From positions 1 through 46,567 of the forward strand of contig USBO01000001.1 in the NCBI GenBank assembly GCA_900552955.1: a stretch of DNA of 46,567 bases. The letters are read 5' to 3'. The notes under the pieces were generated by a model. That model was not told where the DNA came from. It saw only the letters and a list, made by a program, of their open reading frames with translations, and made no database searches. Both the position numbers and the translations under genes were made by a program. Of the stretch, positions 36,976 through 46,432 are shown in pieces. Numbering within the stretch: position 1 is the first letter of the stretch; the number at the start of each line of letters is the position of its first letter. This stretch comes from an uncultured Alistipes sp. Lineage in GTDB: Bacteria; Bacteroidota; Bacteroidia; Bacteroidales; Rikenellaceae.

Positions 36976-39900
36976 TTAGAACGAGAGTGCGAGTCCCAGC
37001 GTGTAGGTCTTGTTCAGCGGGTAAAGGCGGCCCTGCTCGTCGTCGGGATGCTCGGGATCGACGAATTTCACCCCGGTGATCGTGAAGAGGTTATAGGCGT
37101 TGGCGTACACACGCAGGCTCACCGACGAGAATTTGCTGATCCGCGGAATGGTGTAACCCAGTTCGAGGCTCTTCAGGCGCAGGTAAGCGGTGCTCACGCG
37201 GTTGAACTCCGAGTTTGCGATCGGCGAATGGCCCGTGTAGGCGTAGTGGCCGCCGGTCCACTTCGTAGAGGGCGCATAGGGGTCGGCCGTCGGGTCGACG
37301 GGATGCCAGCGGTCGAGGAACTGCTCCAGCGCACCGCCGCCGTCCTTGCCCCAGATGGCGTAAAGCGGCTCCTGATATTGCATCGAGCCCAGTGCCGAGC
37401 CCTGGAAAAGCATGCTCAGGTCGAGGCCTTTCCACGAGCAGGAGAAGTTGAGGCTGAAGTTGAGCCACGGCGTCTGATCGAAGGCGAAAGGATGCTCGTC
37501 GAGCGAGTTGATCTCGCCGTCGCCGTTCCAGTCGACGTATTTATAATCGCCTGGCAGGAGGTTGTTATCCTTGTAAATCGGATAGTTCCAGATGTCGTTC
37601 CAGTCCTGGTAACGCCCGGCCGACTCGTAGCCGAACTGCACGCCCTGGAAACGGTTGTTCAGGTTGTCGTGGCGCCAGCGGTCGTAGGAGTTGCCGTAGC
37701 CGCCGTTCTGAACCGCTTTGAGGTACTTGTTGCGCGTGATGGTGGCGATACCCCGGAGGTCGTAGGAAAATTCGCCGACCTTGTTGCGGTGGGTGATCTG
37801 GAGTTCGAGACCCATGTTGCGGCTGCTGTTGGCATTCAGACGCGGGGCCGTGGCGCCGATAACCGTCTGGAAATCGCCCTCGGGACGAGCGTACAGGCCC
37901 GACATGTGACGGTCGAAGTAATCGAACGAAATGCCCAGCAGGCCGTTCCAGGCCTCGAAGTCGACGCCGACGTTGAACGTACGGGCCGTAAACCACGAAA
38001 TGCCGATGTTCGGAATGGCTTTCGGGTCGACGCCCATGATCACATTGCCGCCGAAGATATATCCCGGGGCGTACTGGTTATAATAACCGTTTTCGCCGTT
38101 GCTATTCGTCGACGGATAGGTATAACCCATCACCCAGTCGTATTCGGCGCCCGTATCGTCGCCCATTTCGCCGTAGCTCGCGCGCAGTTTGAACTGGTTG
38201 ATGAACGAGAGGGCCGAACAGGATTTGAAGAACGGCTCCTCCGAGATGCGCCATCCGGCGGAAATCGAGGGGAAGAAGCCCCAGCGGTGACCCTTGGCGA
38301 ACTGCGACGAACCGTCGTAGCGGAACTGCGCTTCGAGCAGGTAGCGGTCGTCGTAGGCATAGTTGAGACGGCCGATCAGTGCGCCGTAGGCCTTTTCGTA
38401 GATGCTGCCGGAATTGGCGCCGCTGTCCTTGTTCGAATCCGTACCGTTGAACAGGTAGGGCGTCGCAAAGGCCAGTTCGCGCTGGGCGTAGAAGTTGTCG
38501 CCCTTGATCTTCTGGACCTCCCAGCCGACCAGCGCGCCGACCTTGTGAACGCTGTTGAACGTGCGGTCGTAGTTGATCGTGATCTGGCCCAGGGTCTGCT
38601 GGCGGTCGTAGAACTCGCGCTTGAGCCGGTTGGGCGAACTGTTGTTGTAAAGTTTTTGCAGGTAGCTTCCCGTAGTGGGATCGGGGGCGTAGAGCGAATA
38701 CTCCCGCTGGAAGATTTCGTTGTTGTCCATGCGGTAGTCGTAGCTGAGCATTCCCTTGACCGAAAGACCCTGCAAAGCGTGCGTCAGCGTTCCGAGGTCA
38801 TAGGTCAGCGACGCCGACGACTGGAAGGATTTCTGCTTGTATTTGCGGTAGCCCGAAACGTCGGAGGTCATCTTGGCAACGGTATTCTCGTCGAGGTCGA
38901 GACCTTCGTAGTTGAGCATCGTATTCTCGGGGTCGGCATAGGCGGGGAAGAGCACGCCCTGACGCCAGTAGTTGCGGATGATGTCCGTCGAAGTCGAATA
39001 GGGATTGTTACGCTCGTCGGCCATGCCGTTGATCTTCAGGTCGAAAGTCAGGCCTTTGAAAATCTCGGTCGTCAGGTTCGAGCGCAGGTTGAATTTATCG
39101 TAATTGAGGTCGCCCGAGCGGAAGAAGCCTTCCTGGTAGAAATAGCCCAGGCTGACGAAATATTGCGTCTTCTCGCTGCCGCCCGAAATGCTGACATCGT
39201 GCTGCGTCTGCGGGGCGAAATCGGCAAAAATCAGGCTGTTCCAGTCGGTCGTGCGGCGTGCGCCTGTACGGTAGTCCTCGAAATCCTTCTCCAGGTAGAC
39301 GGGAGCGCCGCCGCTGACCTTGTTCATCGCCATTTCGTTGTAGAGCGTCATAGTCCCGAAAGCGTCGGCCAGCTTGGGCATCTTCGAGGGGACCTGGAAC
39401 GTATAGGAGCCGTTGTAGCTCACTTTCGCCTTGCCCTGCTGACCTTTCTTGGTGGTGACGAGCACGACGCCGTTGGCGGCGCGCAGGCCGTAGATGGCCG
39501 CTGCGGCATCCTTCAGCACCGAAACATCGTCGATGTCGCTGGGATTCATGCGCTGGAAATCCTCCACCGAACGGGGAATGCCGTCGATGATCACCAGCGG
39601 GCTTCCCAGGCCGCGGATGTCGAAATTGGCGTTGTAAGTTCCCGGCTCGGAGCTCTTCTGCCAGACACGAACACCGGCCACGCGGCCCGTGAGCATGTTC
39701 TGCGGGTTCTCGCTCTTGGTGTGGATCATCTCCGAACCCCGGACCGCAGCCACGGCTCCCGTAATCGAACCGCGTTTCTGGACGCCGTAACCCACGACCA
39801 CAACGTCGTTGATCAGCGTTTGGTCGCTGCTCAGCACGACGTTGATCGTCGTACGGCCGTTGACCTTCTCTTCCTTGCCCGTGAGGCCCACGAACGAGAA

Positions 39901-40143
39901 CGAAAGCGTCGCATTGGCCGGAACGGTGATCGTATAGCGGCCTTCGCCGTCGGTCACAGCACCGATATTCGTATTCTTGGCGACGACGGTGGCGCCGACG
40001 ACCGGTTCATTGCTGCCGTCGGTCACGACTCCGGTCACCGTTGCGTTCTGCGCCCACGCCGAGGAGGTTGCAAAAACAAGGAGGAGACTCATCAGCAGGC
40101 CGAAGAAGCCCCGCCGCGGATGTGAAATATTCTCCATAATCAT
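36976..40143 (-). CDS. susC: SusC/RagA TonB-dependent transporter
   Basis: Carboxypeptidase-like N-domain, DVVVVGYG, VLKDAAAAIYGLRAANGVVLVTTKKG plug, RYDGSSQF...WGFFPS, YLRLKSLELGY, terminal Phe. Start could be 40137. Confidence 0.97.
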   Translation of the reverse strand: MIMENISHPRRGFFGLLMSLLLVFATSSAWAQNATVTGVVTDGSNEPVVGATVVAKNTNIGAVTDGEGRYTITVPANATLSFSFVGLTGKEEKVNGRTTINVVLSSDQTLINDVVVVGYGVQKRGSITGAVAAVRGSEMIHTKSENPQNMLTGRVAGVRVWQKSSEPGTYNANFDIRGLGSPLVIIDGIPRSVEDFQRMNPSDIDDVSVLKDAAAAIYGLRAANGVVLVTTKKGQQGKAKVSYNGSYTFQVPSKMPKLADAFGTMTLYNEMAMNKVSGGAPVYLEKDFEDYRTGARRTTDWNSLIFADFAPQTQHDVSISGGSEKTQYFVSLGYFYQEGFFRSGDLNYDKFNLRSNLTTEIFKGLTFDLKINGMADERNNPYSTSTDIIRNYWRQGVLFPAYADPENTMLNYEGLDLDENTVAKMTSDVSGYRKYKQKSFQSSASLTYDLGTLTHALQGLSVKGMLSYDYRMDNNEIFQREYSLYAPDPTTGSYLQKLYNNSSPNRLKREFYDRQQTLGQITINYDRTFNSVHKVGALVGWEVQKIKGDNFYAQRELAFATPYLFNGTDSNKDSGANSGSIYEKAYGALIGRLNYAYDDRYLLEAQFRYDGSSQFAKGHRWGFFPSISAGWRISEEPFFKSCSALSFINQFKLRASYGEMGDDTGAEYDWVMGYTYPSTNSNGENGYYNQYAPGYIFGGNVIMGVDPKAIPNIGISWFTARTFNVGVDFEAWNGLLGISFDYFDRHMSGLYARPEGDFQTVIGATAPRLNANSSRNMGLELQITHRNKVGEFSYDLRGIATITRNKYLKAVQNGGYGNSYDRWRHDNLNNRFQGVQFGYESAGRYQDWNDIWNYPIYKDNNLLPGDYKYVDWNGDGEINSLDEHPFAFDQTPWLNFSLNFSCSWKGLDLSMLFQGSALGSMQYQEPLYAIWGKDGGGALEQFLDRWHPVDPTADPYAPSTKWTGGHYAYTGHSPIANSEFNRVSTAYLRLKSLELGYTIPRISKFSSVSLRVYANAYNLFTITGVKFVDPEHPDDEQGRLYPLNKTYTLGLALSF

Positions 40144-40159
40144 TCGGTTTTAAGTTGGG

Positions 40160-41599
40160 TTACTTTTCTAATTCGTAGCGGGCCAGTCCGGCATACTCTG
40201 CGGCAAAGGCAAAGATGAACTGTCCGTCGACATTGTTCTTGCCGCGGTCCTGGTTCCAGCCTACGAGCAGGTTGGTAGGCAGCAGGCCGTTGCGCAGGAA
40301 GTGCGACCAGGCGTAATCGAGATTGGCCTGGAAGCTCGCCAGGGGCGCCGAAACCGACGGGTAGAACTTGTGTCCGTCGACCCAGCCGCGCATCATCACG
40401 CCGTTGAACCAGTCGTTGAAGCCCAGGACGCTGTACGTATAGTAGCCCGGGACGTTCTGGTTGAGTTTGCCGAAGTAGTTGAAGCTGGCATCGGAAAGCT
40501 GCTGGAAATCCTCCAGGTACTCGCCCAGGCGGGTTACGCGGTAGAGGTCGGCAGCGCCCGAAAGCATCGTACCGCAGTTGTAGGAGAGCGCTTCGCCTTC
40601 GCTGCGCGTCAACTGGGTGTTGGCGCGGTAGCGCACGCCGCCGACCCATTCGTAAGCCACGTCGCAGCTGGGAACGCATCCGCCGCGCATGTCGTGGTAA
40701 ACGCCGTCGCTGCGGAGCAGCGTCGATTTCTGCCAGTCGTAGACCTTCTTGGCGAAGTCGAGGTAGTAGCGGCTCTTCTTGACCGTCTCGCTCTTGCGCT
40801 TCTTGTCGATGTCGATGAAGCGGTGCGTGGTCTGGTCGTCCTTGCCTTTGTAAATCTCGTAGAGCCACACCAGCGGGCTGACCATCGGACCGTTGCTGCA
40901 CGAGTGCTTGGTCGTGTAACCGGGGCCCCAGGGAATGCCGCCGTTTTCGTCGCCGTCGACGTTGAGCGTGCAGTCCCAGCCGTCGAGCACATACTCGGTC
41001 AGGTACTCGGCCTTTTCGAGATAGGTTTTGTCGCCGGTCAGTTTATACGCCTCGATGAACTCGCGGATCAGCCACTGCTGGTCGTCGTAAACGTTCAGGA
41101 TGCCGTCGACCTGCGCCGAGCCCTTGTCGCTGCCGCGGTTCACGCCGTAGACGGTCCATTTCCGGGTCTGCGTGAACGAAGTCAGGGTATAGGTTCCCAG
41201 GTAGTAATCGGCATTTTCGTAGAGCTGGGCCAGCAGGTCAACGTAACGCTGGAAATGCTGGTCGTAGAGTTCCGGAATACCCTCGCGCTGCTGGGTCTTC
41301 AGGCCGCGGAGGATGGCGTTGACGGCCTCGATCGACGAACCGTACATCCAGACACTGGCTTTTTCATCGGGACTGGTCCCCGTGAAAGGATTGTAGTAGC
41401 GCGACATGGTCATGCCGGAGCCTTCGAAATAGCATTCTATCGCCCGGTCGACCAGCGCCATGGCCCGTGTCATGTTCTGCACGGACTGTTCAGACGGTGT
41501 CTCCGGAATACGGACCGTATTGTCGGGCTCGTTCGTCTTGCTGCATGCAACGGTGGTCAGCATCAGCGAACTGAGCGCAAAAGAAATGATTTTTTTCAT
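40160..41599 (-). CDS. GH76 endo-alpha-1,6-mannanase-like lipoprotein
   Basis: Lipobox VAC; catalytic YDD motif (NVYDDQQW), GGIPW, KHSCSNGP, SYNCGTML, WFNGVMMRG. Confidence 0.85.
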   Translation of the reverse strand: MKKIISFALSSLMLTTVACSKTNEPDNTVRIPETPSEQSVQNMTRAMALVDRAIECYFEGSGMTMSRYYNPFTGTSPDEKASVWMYGSSIEAVNAILRGLKTQQREGIPELYDQHFQRYVDLLAQLYENADYYLGTYTLTSFTQTRKWTVYGVNRGSDKGSAQVDGILNVYDDQQWLIREFIEAYKLTGDKTYLEKAEYLTEYVLDGWDCTLNVDGDENGGIPWGPGYTTKHSCSNGPMVSPLVWLYEIYKGKDDQTTHRFIDIDKKRKSETVKKSRYYLDFAKKVYDWQKSTLLRSDGVYHDMRGGCVPSCDVAYEWVGGVRYRANTQLTRSEGEALSYNCGTMLSGAADLYRVTRLGEYLEDFQQLSDASFNYFGKLNQNVPGYYTYSVLGFNDWFNGVMMRGWVDGHKFYPSVSAPLASFQANLDYAWSHFLRNGLLPTNLLVGWNQDRGKNNVDGQFIFAFAAEYAGLARYELEK

Positions 41600-41705
41600 A
41601 AGTCAGGGTTATCGGTCCCGGCTCCCCGGAGCATCCTCCCGTCCATGGCGGCCCAAAGGCCTGTCCGGAGGAAGGATACCCGCAGAAGCGCAGGATTTTT
41701 TCAGA

Positions 41706-43562
41706 TTAGTTCATCTCAACGTCGTAAATGCAGACCTTGCTCTCAGTGCCGTTTTCCTCGCCCTTGTAGACGCCGAGGACCAGCACCACGTCTTCGCCGT
41801 TGAACTTCGAAAGGTCGTAGACGAACTTGGCATAAGCATCCGGGTTGCCGGGACCGCCGTTCTGGTGGACAAATTTCCAACATCCGTTGGGGGCTGCCGA
41901 GGAAGATGCGGCCGTATTCGACGCCGGAACGATGTGTTCTACCGTGCCGTCGTTTTTGATGGCGGTGATCTTGAAGAACGTAGCTTCTCCGGCGAAGTTA
42001 CGGATCCGCAGCGTCAGGTTGTTGCTGCCCTCGGCAATCGAGAACTTCGCATAGAGGTAGGCTTCCGGCTCGATCGTGTTAACCGCCGTGCCGCCGCCGC
42101 GCGTCTTGATGATATAACCCTCGCCGGCAAACGGCTCCGGGTCCTTGACGCGGGGAACGAACGACCATTCGGCGGCAATATGGGCGTTGTCGCGCCACGA
42201 GTGGTAAGCAACCTGGCGGTTGTCCTTGTTCTTATCGCCTTCGCAGACGGTAACGCCGCTGAACTTCTTCTTGGTGTGCGGCATCGTCGAACGAACCATC
42301 TCCATGGTCAGCTTCCAATCCTTGAGGTCGTCGTTGACAGCCGTACCCGTGATATAGTTCCAGCCGTCGATTTTCGCGGTCGAGAAAGCGATACGGCGCA
42401 GCACCAGCTGCTTCCAGTAGTCGCCCGTCTTGGCGCGGTAGATACCCACGGCGATCACGACCTCCTTGCCGATGTAGTCGCTCAGGTCGAAGCCGAAGGA
42501 CTTGTACGAATCCGAACCGTAGCTTTCGTTGCCGCCGATCTTCACGGCTGCGGGCTCAGCGGCGGAAAGGTCGATTACCTGGACGCCGAAGACCGCGGGA
42601 TTCTCGGAGTCGGCATTGTGCGTGCGCACCTGCAGGGTCATCACCTTGTTGTCCTCGGTGATCAGTTTGCTGCCATATACATAGGAGTCGAAGACATCGA
42701 GGTCGACGGGATTCTTCTGGTTGGCCCCGTCGTTGCGAATCTGGAGCGTCGTACCTTCGTTCTGCTCCTGCCATGCACCCACGAAATCGAGTGCGGCCAT
42801 ATAGTCGGTCGACCAATCCCAGTGCGGGTAGCTCGTATCGTTTCCGCCGCCGCGGTATTCGCTGTAATACCACTTGTCGGCATCACGCAGGTCGAATGCC
42901 GTCTTGCCGCGGAGCACCTCGGGGCTGCCCATGACTACGTCGAGGACGGCGGTGTTATTCTCGAAAGCGTCGCGGCCCATCTTCTTGGTAACGGTCGCGT
43001 AATCCTTCAGCGAGAAGGTCAGCTCGTAGGCGTCGAGCGGCAGGTTGGCGATCTCGTACTTGCCGTTCGCATCGGTCATGCCCGTCTGGGTCTCGCTGAT
43101 GGTCACCTTGACCCCGGCCAGCGGAGCGCCGTCGTTGCGGGCGTCGAGAACCGTACCCGTGATCTTCGCCGCGGCGTAACGCATCTCGATGTTGACCGTA
43201 GCCATCGCCTCGGCGTTGAATTTCTGCGGTTTGAGCGTCACGCTCGTAGTCTGGTAAGTCGCCTTCTTGCAGGTAATCATGTGCGAACCCACGAGCACGT
43301 TGGTCAGGGTATAGCGGCCGTCGGCCTCGGTAGTAGTCGTAGCCGTCACATTCGTCTCCGTCAAATCTACGATATCGGCGATCGACACCTCGACCCCGCC
43401 GAGCACATTGCCCTCGTCGTCCGTCACAACGCCCGAGACCTCTCCGATCGTCTTTTCCGTCTCACCCTTCGTGTCGTCGTCCTTACACGAGCTCACCGAA
43501 ACAGCCAGCCCTCCGAGGAGCGCCGTAAACGCGAATGTTCGCAATAGTCTGTTTAATCTCAT
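41706..43562 (-). CDS. Surface glycan-binding-type lipoprotein: two carboxypeptidase-regulatory-like domains plus two duplicated beta-sandwich domains
   Basis: Lipobox SSC-KDDD; GVVTDDEGNVLGGVEV and GTVLDARNDGAPLAGVKV; duplicated FDLSDYIGKEVVIAVGIY / YDLSKFNGEDVVLVLGVY. Confidence 0.75.
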   Translation of the reverse strand: MRLNRLLRTFAFTALLGGLAVSVSSCKDDDTKGETEKTIGEVSGVVTDDEGNVLGGVEVSIADIVDLTETNVTATTTTEADGRYTLTNVLVGSHMITCKKATYQTTSVTLKPQKFNAEAMATVNIEMRYAAAKITGTVLDARNDGAPLAGVKVTISETQTGMTDANGKYEIANLPLDAYELTFSLKDYATVTKKMGRDAFENNTAVLDVVMGSPEVLRGKTAFDLRDADKWYYSEYRGGGNDTSYPHWDWSTDYMAALDFVGAWQEQNEGTTLQIRNDGANQKNPVDLDVFDSYVYGSKLITEDNKVMTLQVRTHNADSENPAVFGVQVIDLSAAEPAAVKIGGNESYGSDSYKSFGFDLSDYIGKEVVIAVGIYRAKTGDYWKQLVLRRIAFSTAKIDGWNYITGTAVNDDLKDWKLTMEMVRSTMPHTKKKFSGVTVCEGDKNKDNRQVAYHSWRDNAHIAAEWSFVPRVKDPEPFAGEGYIIKTRGGGTAVNTIEPEAYLYAKFSIAEGSNNLTLRIRNFAGEATFFKITAIKNDGTVEHIVPASNTAASSSAAPNGCWKFVHQNGGPGNPDAYAKFVYDLSKFNGEDVVLVLGVYKGEENGTESKVCIYDVEMN

Positions 43563-43678
43563 AGTTTTAAGTTGTTAGTAAGTTTTAATAAAAATTTTAA
43601 GAAATCGAAAGGCGTTCGCTCGACTTTGGCCTCAATCTCCCGCCGCCTGTATTTTTTTGATAAATTTGAGGTGCGATA

Positions 43679-43744
43679 GGTTAATTACAGGGTTAAAATC
43701 CGGTTAATCGGCAGAAAAAATCATTAATCCCCGATTTTTTAACC
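43679..43744. promoter_or_regulatory. Candidate operator: GGTTAA direct repeats and inverted copies in the divergent PUL/regulator promoter region
   Basis: GGTTAA at 43679, 43691 and 43702; inverted TTAATC at 43724 and TTAACC at 43739. Confidence 0.5.
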
Positions 43745-43851
43745 CTCCGGAAAGGCTTTTCCGGGAGCCGAACGAGGCGCGAAATTAGCAATCGAATCCG
43801 AATCAAGGAGCGGCCGGCCGGTAAAAAATTTTCATATTTCCAATAAATTAT

Positions 43852-43859
43852 TATCTTTG
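43852..43859 (+). promoter_or_regulatory. -7 promoter box (TATCTTTG) for the regulator gene
   Basis: Exact TAnnTTTG 24 nt upstream of ATG 43884. Confidence 0.7.
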
Positions 43860-43883
43860 TAAGACCGAACCTCCAAACGTATC

Positions 43884-46367
43884 ATGGGCAGATACTACCA
43901 TACACTCCTCCTCATTGCACTGGCTGCGGTTCATGCCGCGTCCGCGCAGGGCCTGAAATTCAACAGCGCCGAATTGCCGATCGACAAGCGGACCTCGTAC
44001 AATGTCTTCGACGAACGCGTTCCGTCGTTCGCGGACCGGTTCGACATCGAATTCGACATCCGGCTCTATCCGGTCACCGAAATCGGTTACATCCTGCGCA
44101 TCAAGAACCAGAAGAGCGACAAAATCTACAACCTGTTCTACGACGGGCAGGGCGACGACTTCTTCAAACTCAACGAAGAGGGGAAATGCAACCTGATAAC
44201 GGCGAAAATCGACCGGGAGGAGTTGCTCGACGCCCATTGGTTCCGCATGAAACTCGCCTTCGACCTCAAAGGCGACTCGATCACGCTGACCATCCACAAC
44301 CGCACCTTTACGGCGACGCAGGCAAACCTGCCGGACACTTACAGCCCGATCATCATTTTCGGCAAGAGCGACCACATCATCGACGTTCCCTCGTTCGCCA
44401 TCCAGAACCTCACGGTCGGCAACAGCAAGAATTACACGTTCGAACTCAGCCAGAACGAGGGAAATACGGTCTACGACACCAAAGGGCGCCCGCAGGGCCG
44501 GGTCCAGAATCCCGAATGGCTGATCAACGACGCCTATCACTGGCGCTACCGGGCAGCATTCGCATCGCAGAGCGTTGCCGGGACAAATTACAACCCCTTA
44601 CGCAAGGAGGTTTACTATTTCAATCGGGACACGCTATTCATATACAACGTCCGCACCGAGCAGACCGAAATGCACCGTTTCGCCGAACGTTGTCCGCTGA
44701 AACTGGTTCTCGGCATGAACTTCATCGACCCGGCACACAACAAGCTCTACGCCTACGAGGTTTACGACGAGACCTCGCCCGCGGACTGTCCCGCCATGGC
44801 CTGCCTCGACCTGGACACCTATCGCTGGAGCACCGAGTGCCGGGAACACATGCCGACGCAGCTGCACCACCACGGGTGTTATTTCGACCCCGAACAGGGC
44901 CGCTACACGATTTTCGGAGGGTTCGGCAACATGAGTTACAGCCGCGAGTTCCACACCTACGACCTGCAGGCGAAACACTGGGAGCCGCTGGGCGAATTCA
45001 GCGGCGACCCGCTCTTCCCGCGCTATTTCTCCTCGATGGGCTACCTGAAGGAGAACAATTCGATTTACATCTTCGGCGGCATGGGCAACGAATCGGGCGA
45101 CCAGTCCGTCGGGCGTTACTATTTCTACGACCTGCACCGCCTCGACCTCACGACGGGCCGCATCTCGAAACTCTGGGAAATACCGTGGCGGAAGACCAAT
45201 TCGGTCCCCGTACGCAACATGGTGATCCTCAACGATTCGTGTTTTTACACACTCTGCTACCCCGAAAGCGTCTCGAACTCCTACCTGCACCTCTACCGCT
45301 TCTCGATCGCGGACGGCAGCTACGAAATACTGAGCGACTCGATTCCGATCCGGTCCGACAAAATAACGACCAACGCCAACCTCTACTACGACGCGCAACA
45401 GGACGACCTGTTCGCCACCGTACAGGAGTTCGACGATGACATCCAGTCGCGGATGAAAGTCTATCGGCTGGCATTCCCGCCCATTTCGGCCGAAGAACTG
45501 GCCGGACACGCCAAACCCCGGAGGAGCGATACATCCTGGATGCTGGTGCTAATCATAGTATTAGGTGCGACGGCAATCGGGGGGGGGATTGTGTGGCGCC
45601 GGAAGTCCGCGGGTAAAACGCCGGGCGAAGCACCGGACGAAACAGAAGCCGCAGAGATGTCGGCCCGGCCCAATTCGATCTGCCTGTTCGGTGATTTCAT
45701 GGTCCGCAACCGCCACAACCGCGATATAACCTACCTGTTCACCACGCGGCAGCGACAGATTTTCTGCCTCGTGCTGCAAAACAGCTTCGAAGACGGCATC
45801 TCTTCACAACGGCTCAGCACGCTGCTGTGGCCGGACAAGCCGGAGGACAAAGTGAAAAACTCGCGCGGCGTGACGATCAACCACCTGCGCAAGACGCTCA
45901 GCGAACTGGACGACGTGGAACTGGTTTACAGCAAGGGCTGTTTCCGGCTCGTACAGGGACCGGCCTTTTACTGCGACTATACGCGCTGCATGGAGATTAT
46001 CTCGGCAGAGCAGATCGGAGAGAACCGCGGGGAACTGGTGCAACTGCTTTCACGCGGAAAATTCCTCAAACACGACGACCAGCCGCTTTTCGACTCGTTC
46101 AAGGAGGAGGTGGAACGTACGTTGGAACCCGTCCTGCAAATCGAAATGGAGAAATGCTTTGCGGAGGAGGACTACGGAACGACGCTTGCACTGGCCGAAG
46201 CCGTATTCTGCATCGATCCGCTCAACGACCAGGCCCTAGCCTACCTGGTCCGGTCGCTCAACCGGCTGAAACGCAACGAGGAAGCCCGTAGCCGTTACCA
46301 AGCCTTCGTCCTCGAATACAAGAAGACGTTCGGGGCCGAATACCCCTATCCGTTCCGGAACCTATAA
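43884..46367 (+). CDS. Membrane-spanning one-component PUL regulator: periplasmic LamG-like and Kelch beta-propeller sensor, TM helix, cytoplasmic SARP-like winged HTH plus BTAD/TPR
   Basis: Signal peptide; Kelch repeats IFGGFG and IYIFGGMG; TM WMLVLIIVLGATAIGGGIVWRRK; SICLFGDFMV...LLWPD...NSRGVTINHLRKTL; IDPLNDQAL TPR-like end. Confidence 0.82.
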   Translation: MGRYYHTLLLIALAAVHAASAQGLKFNSAELPIDKRTSYNVFDERVPSFADRFDIEFDIRLYPVTEIGYILRIKNQKSDKIYNLFYDGQGDDFFKLNEEGKCNLITAKIDREELLDAHWFRMKLAFDLKGDSITLTIHNRTFTATQANLPDTYSPIIIFGKSDHIIDVPSFAIQNLTVGNSKNYTFELSQNEGNTVYDTKGRPQGRVQNPEWLINDAYHWRYRAAFASQSVAGTNYNPLRKEVYYFNRDTLFIYNVRTEQTEMHRFAERCPLKLVLGMNFIDPAHNKLYAYEVYDETSPADCPAMACLDLDTYRWSTECREHMPTQLHHHGCYFDPEQGRYTIFGGFGNMSYSREFHTYDLQAKHWEPLGEFSGDPLFPRYFSSMGYLKENNSIYIFGGMGNESGDQSVGRYYFYDLHRLDLTTGRISKLWEIPWRKTNSVPVRNMVILNDSCFYTLCYPESVSNSYLHLYRFSIADGSYEILSDSIPIRSDKITTNANLYYDAQQDDLFATVQEFDDDIQSRMKVYRLAFPPISAEELAGHAKPRRSDTSWMLVLIIVLGATAIGGGIVWRRKSAGKTPGEAPDETEAAEMSARPNSICLFGDFMVRNRHNRDITYLFTTRQRQIFCLVLQNSFEDGISSQRLSTLLWPDKPEDKVKNSRGVTINHLRKTLSELDDVELVYSKGCFRLVQGPAFYCDYTRCMEIISAEQIGENRGELVQLLSRGKFLKHDDQPLFDSFKEEVERTLEPVLQIEMEKCFAEEDYGTTLALAEAVFCIDPLNDQALAYLVRSLNRLKRNEEARSRYQAFVLEYKKTFGAEYPYPFRNL

Positions 46368-46381
46368 CGACAAGCCCCAAC

Positions 46382-46418
46382 AATAAATGCCGGAGTCTGG
46401 GACTCCGGCATTTATTTT
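46382..46418. terminator. Bidirectional terminator between the regulator and the GH125 gene
   Basis: 16-bp inverted repeat AATAAATGCCGGAGTC-tgg-GACTCCGGCATTTATT followed by TT. Confidence 0.88.
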
Positions 46419-46432
46419 CTGTGTTTCGGCCT

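Noticed and set aside
35968..40125. Very long alternative-frame ORFs (e.g. 1385 aa opposite susC/susD; also 13208..15166, 28253..30349, 31965..33953, 41460..43547)
   Set aside because: Antisense shadows of real genes caused by high GC3 codon bias; no recognisable motifs.
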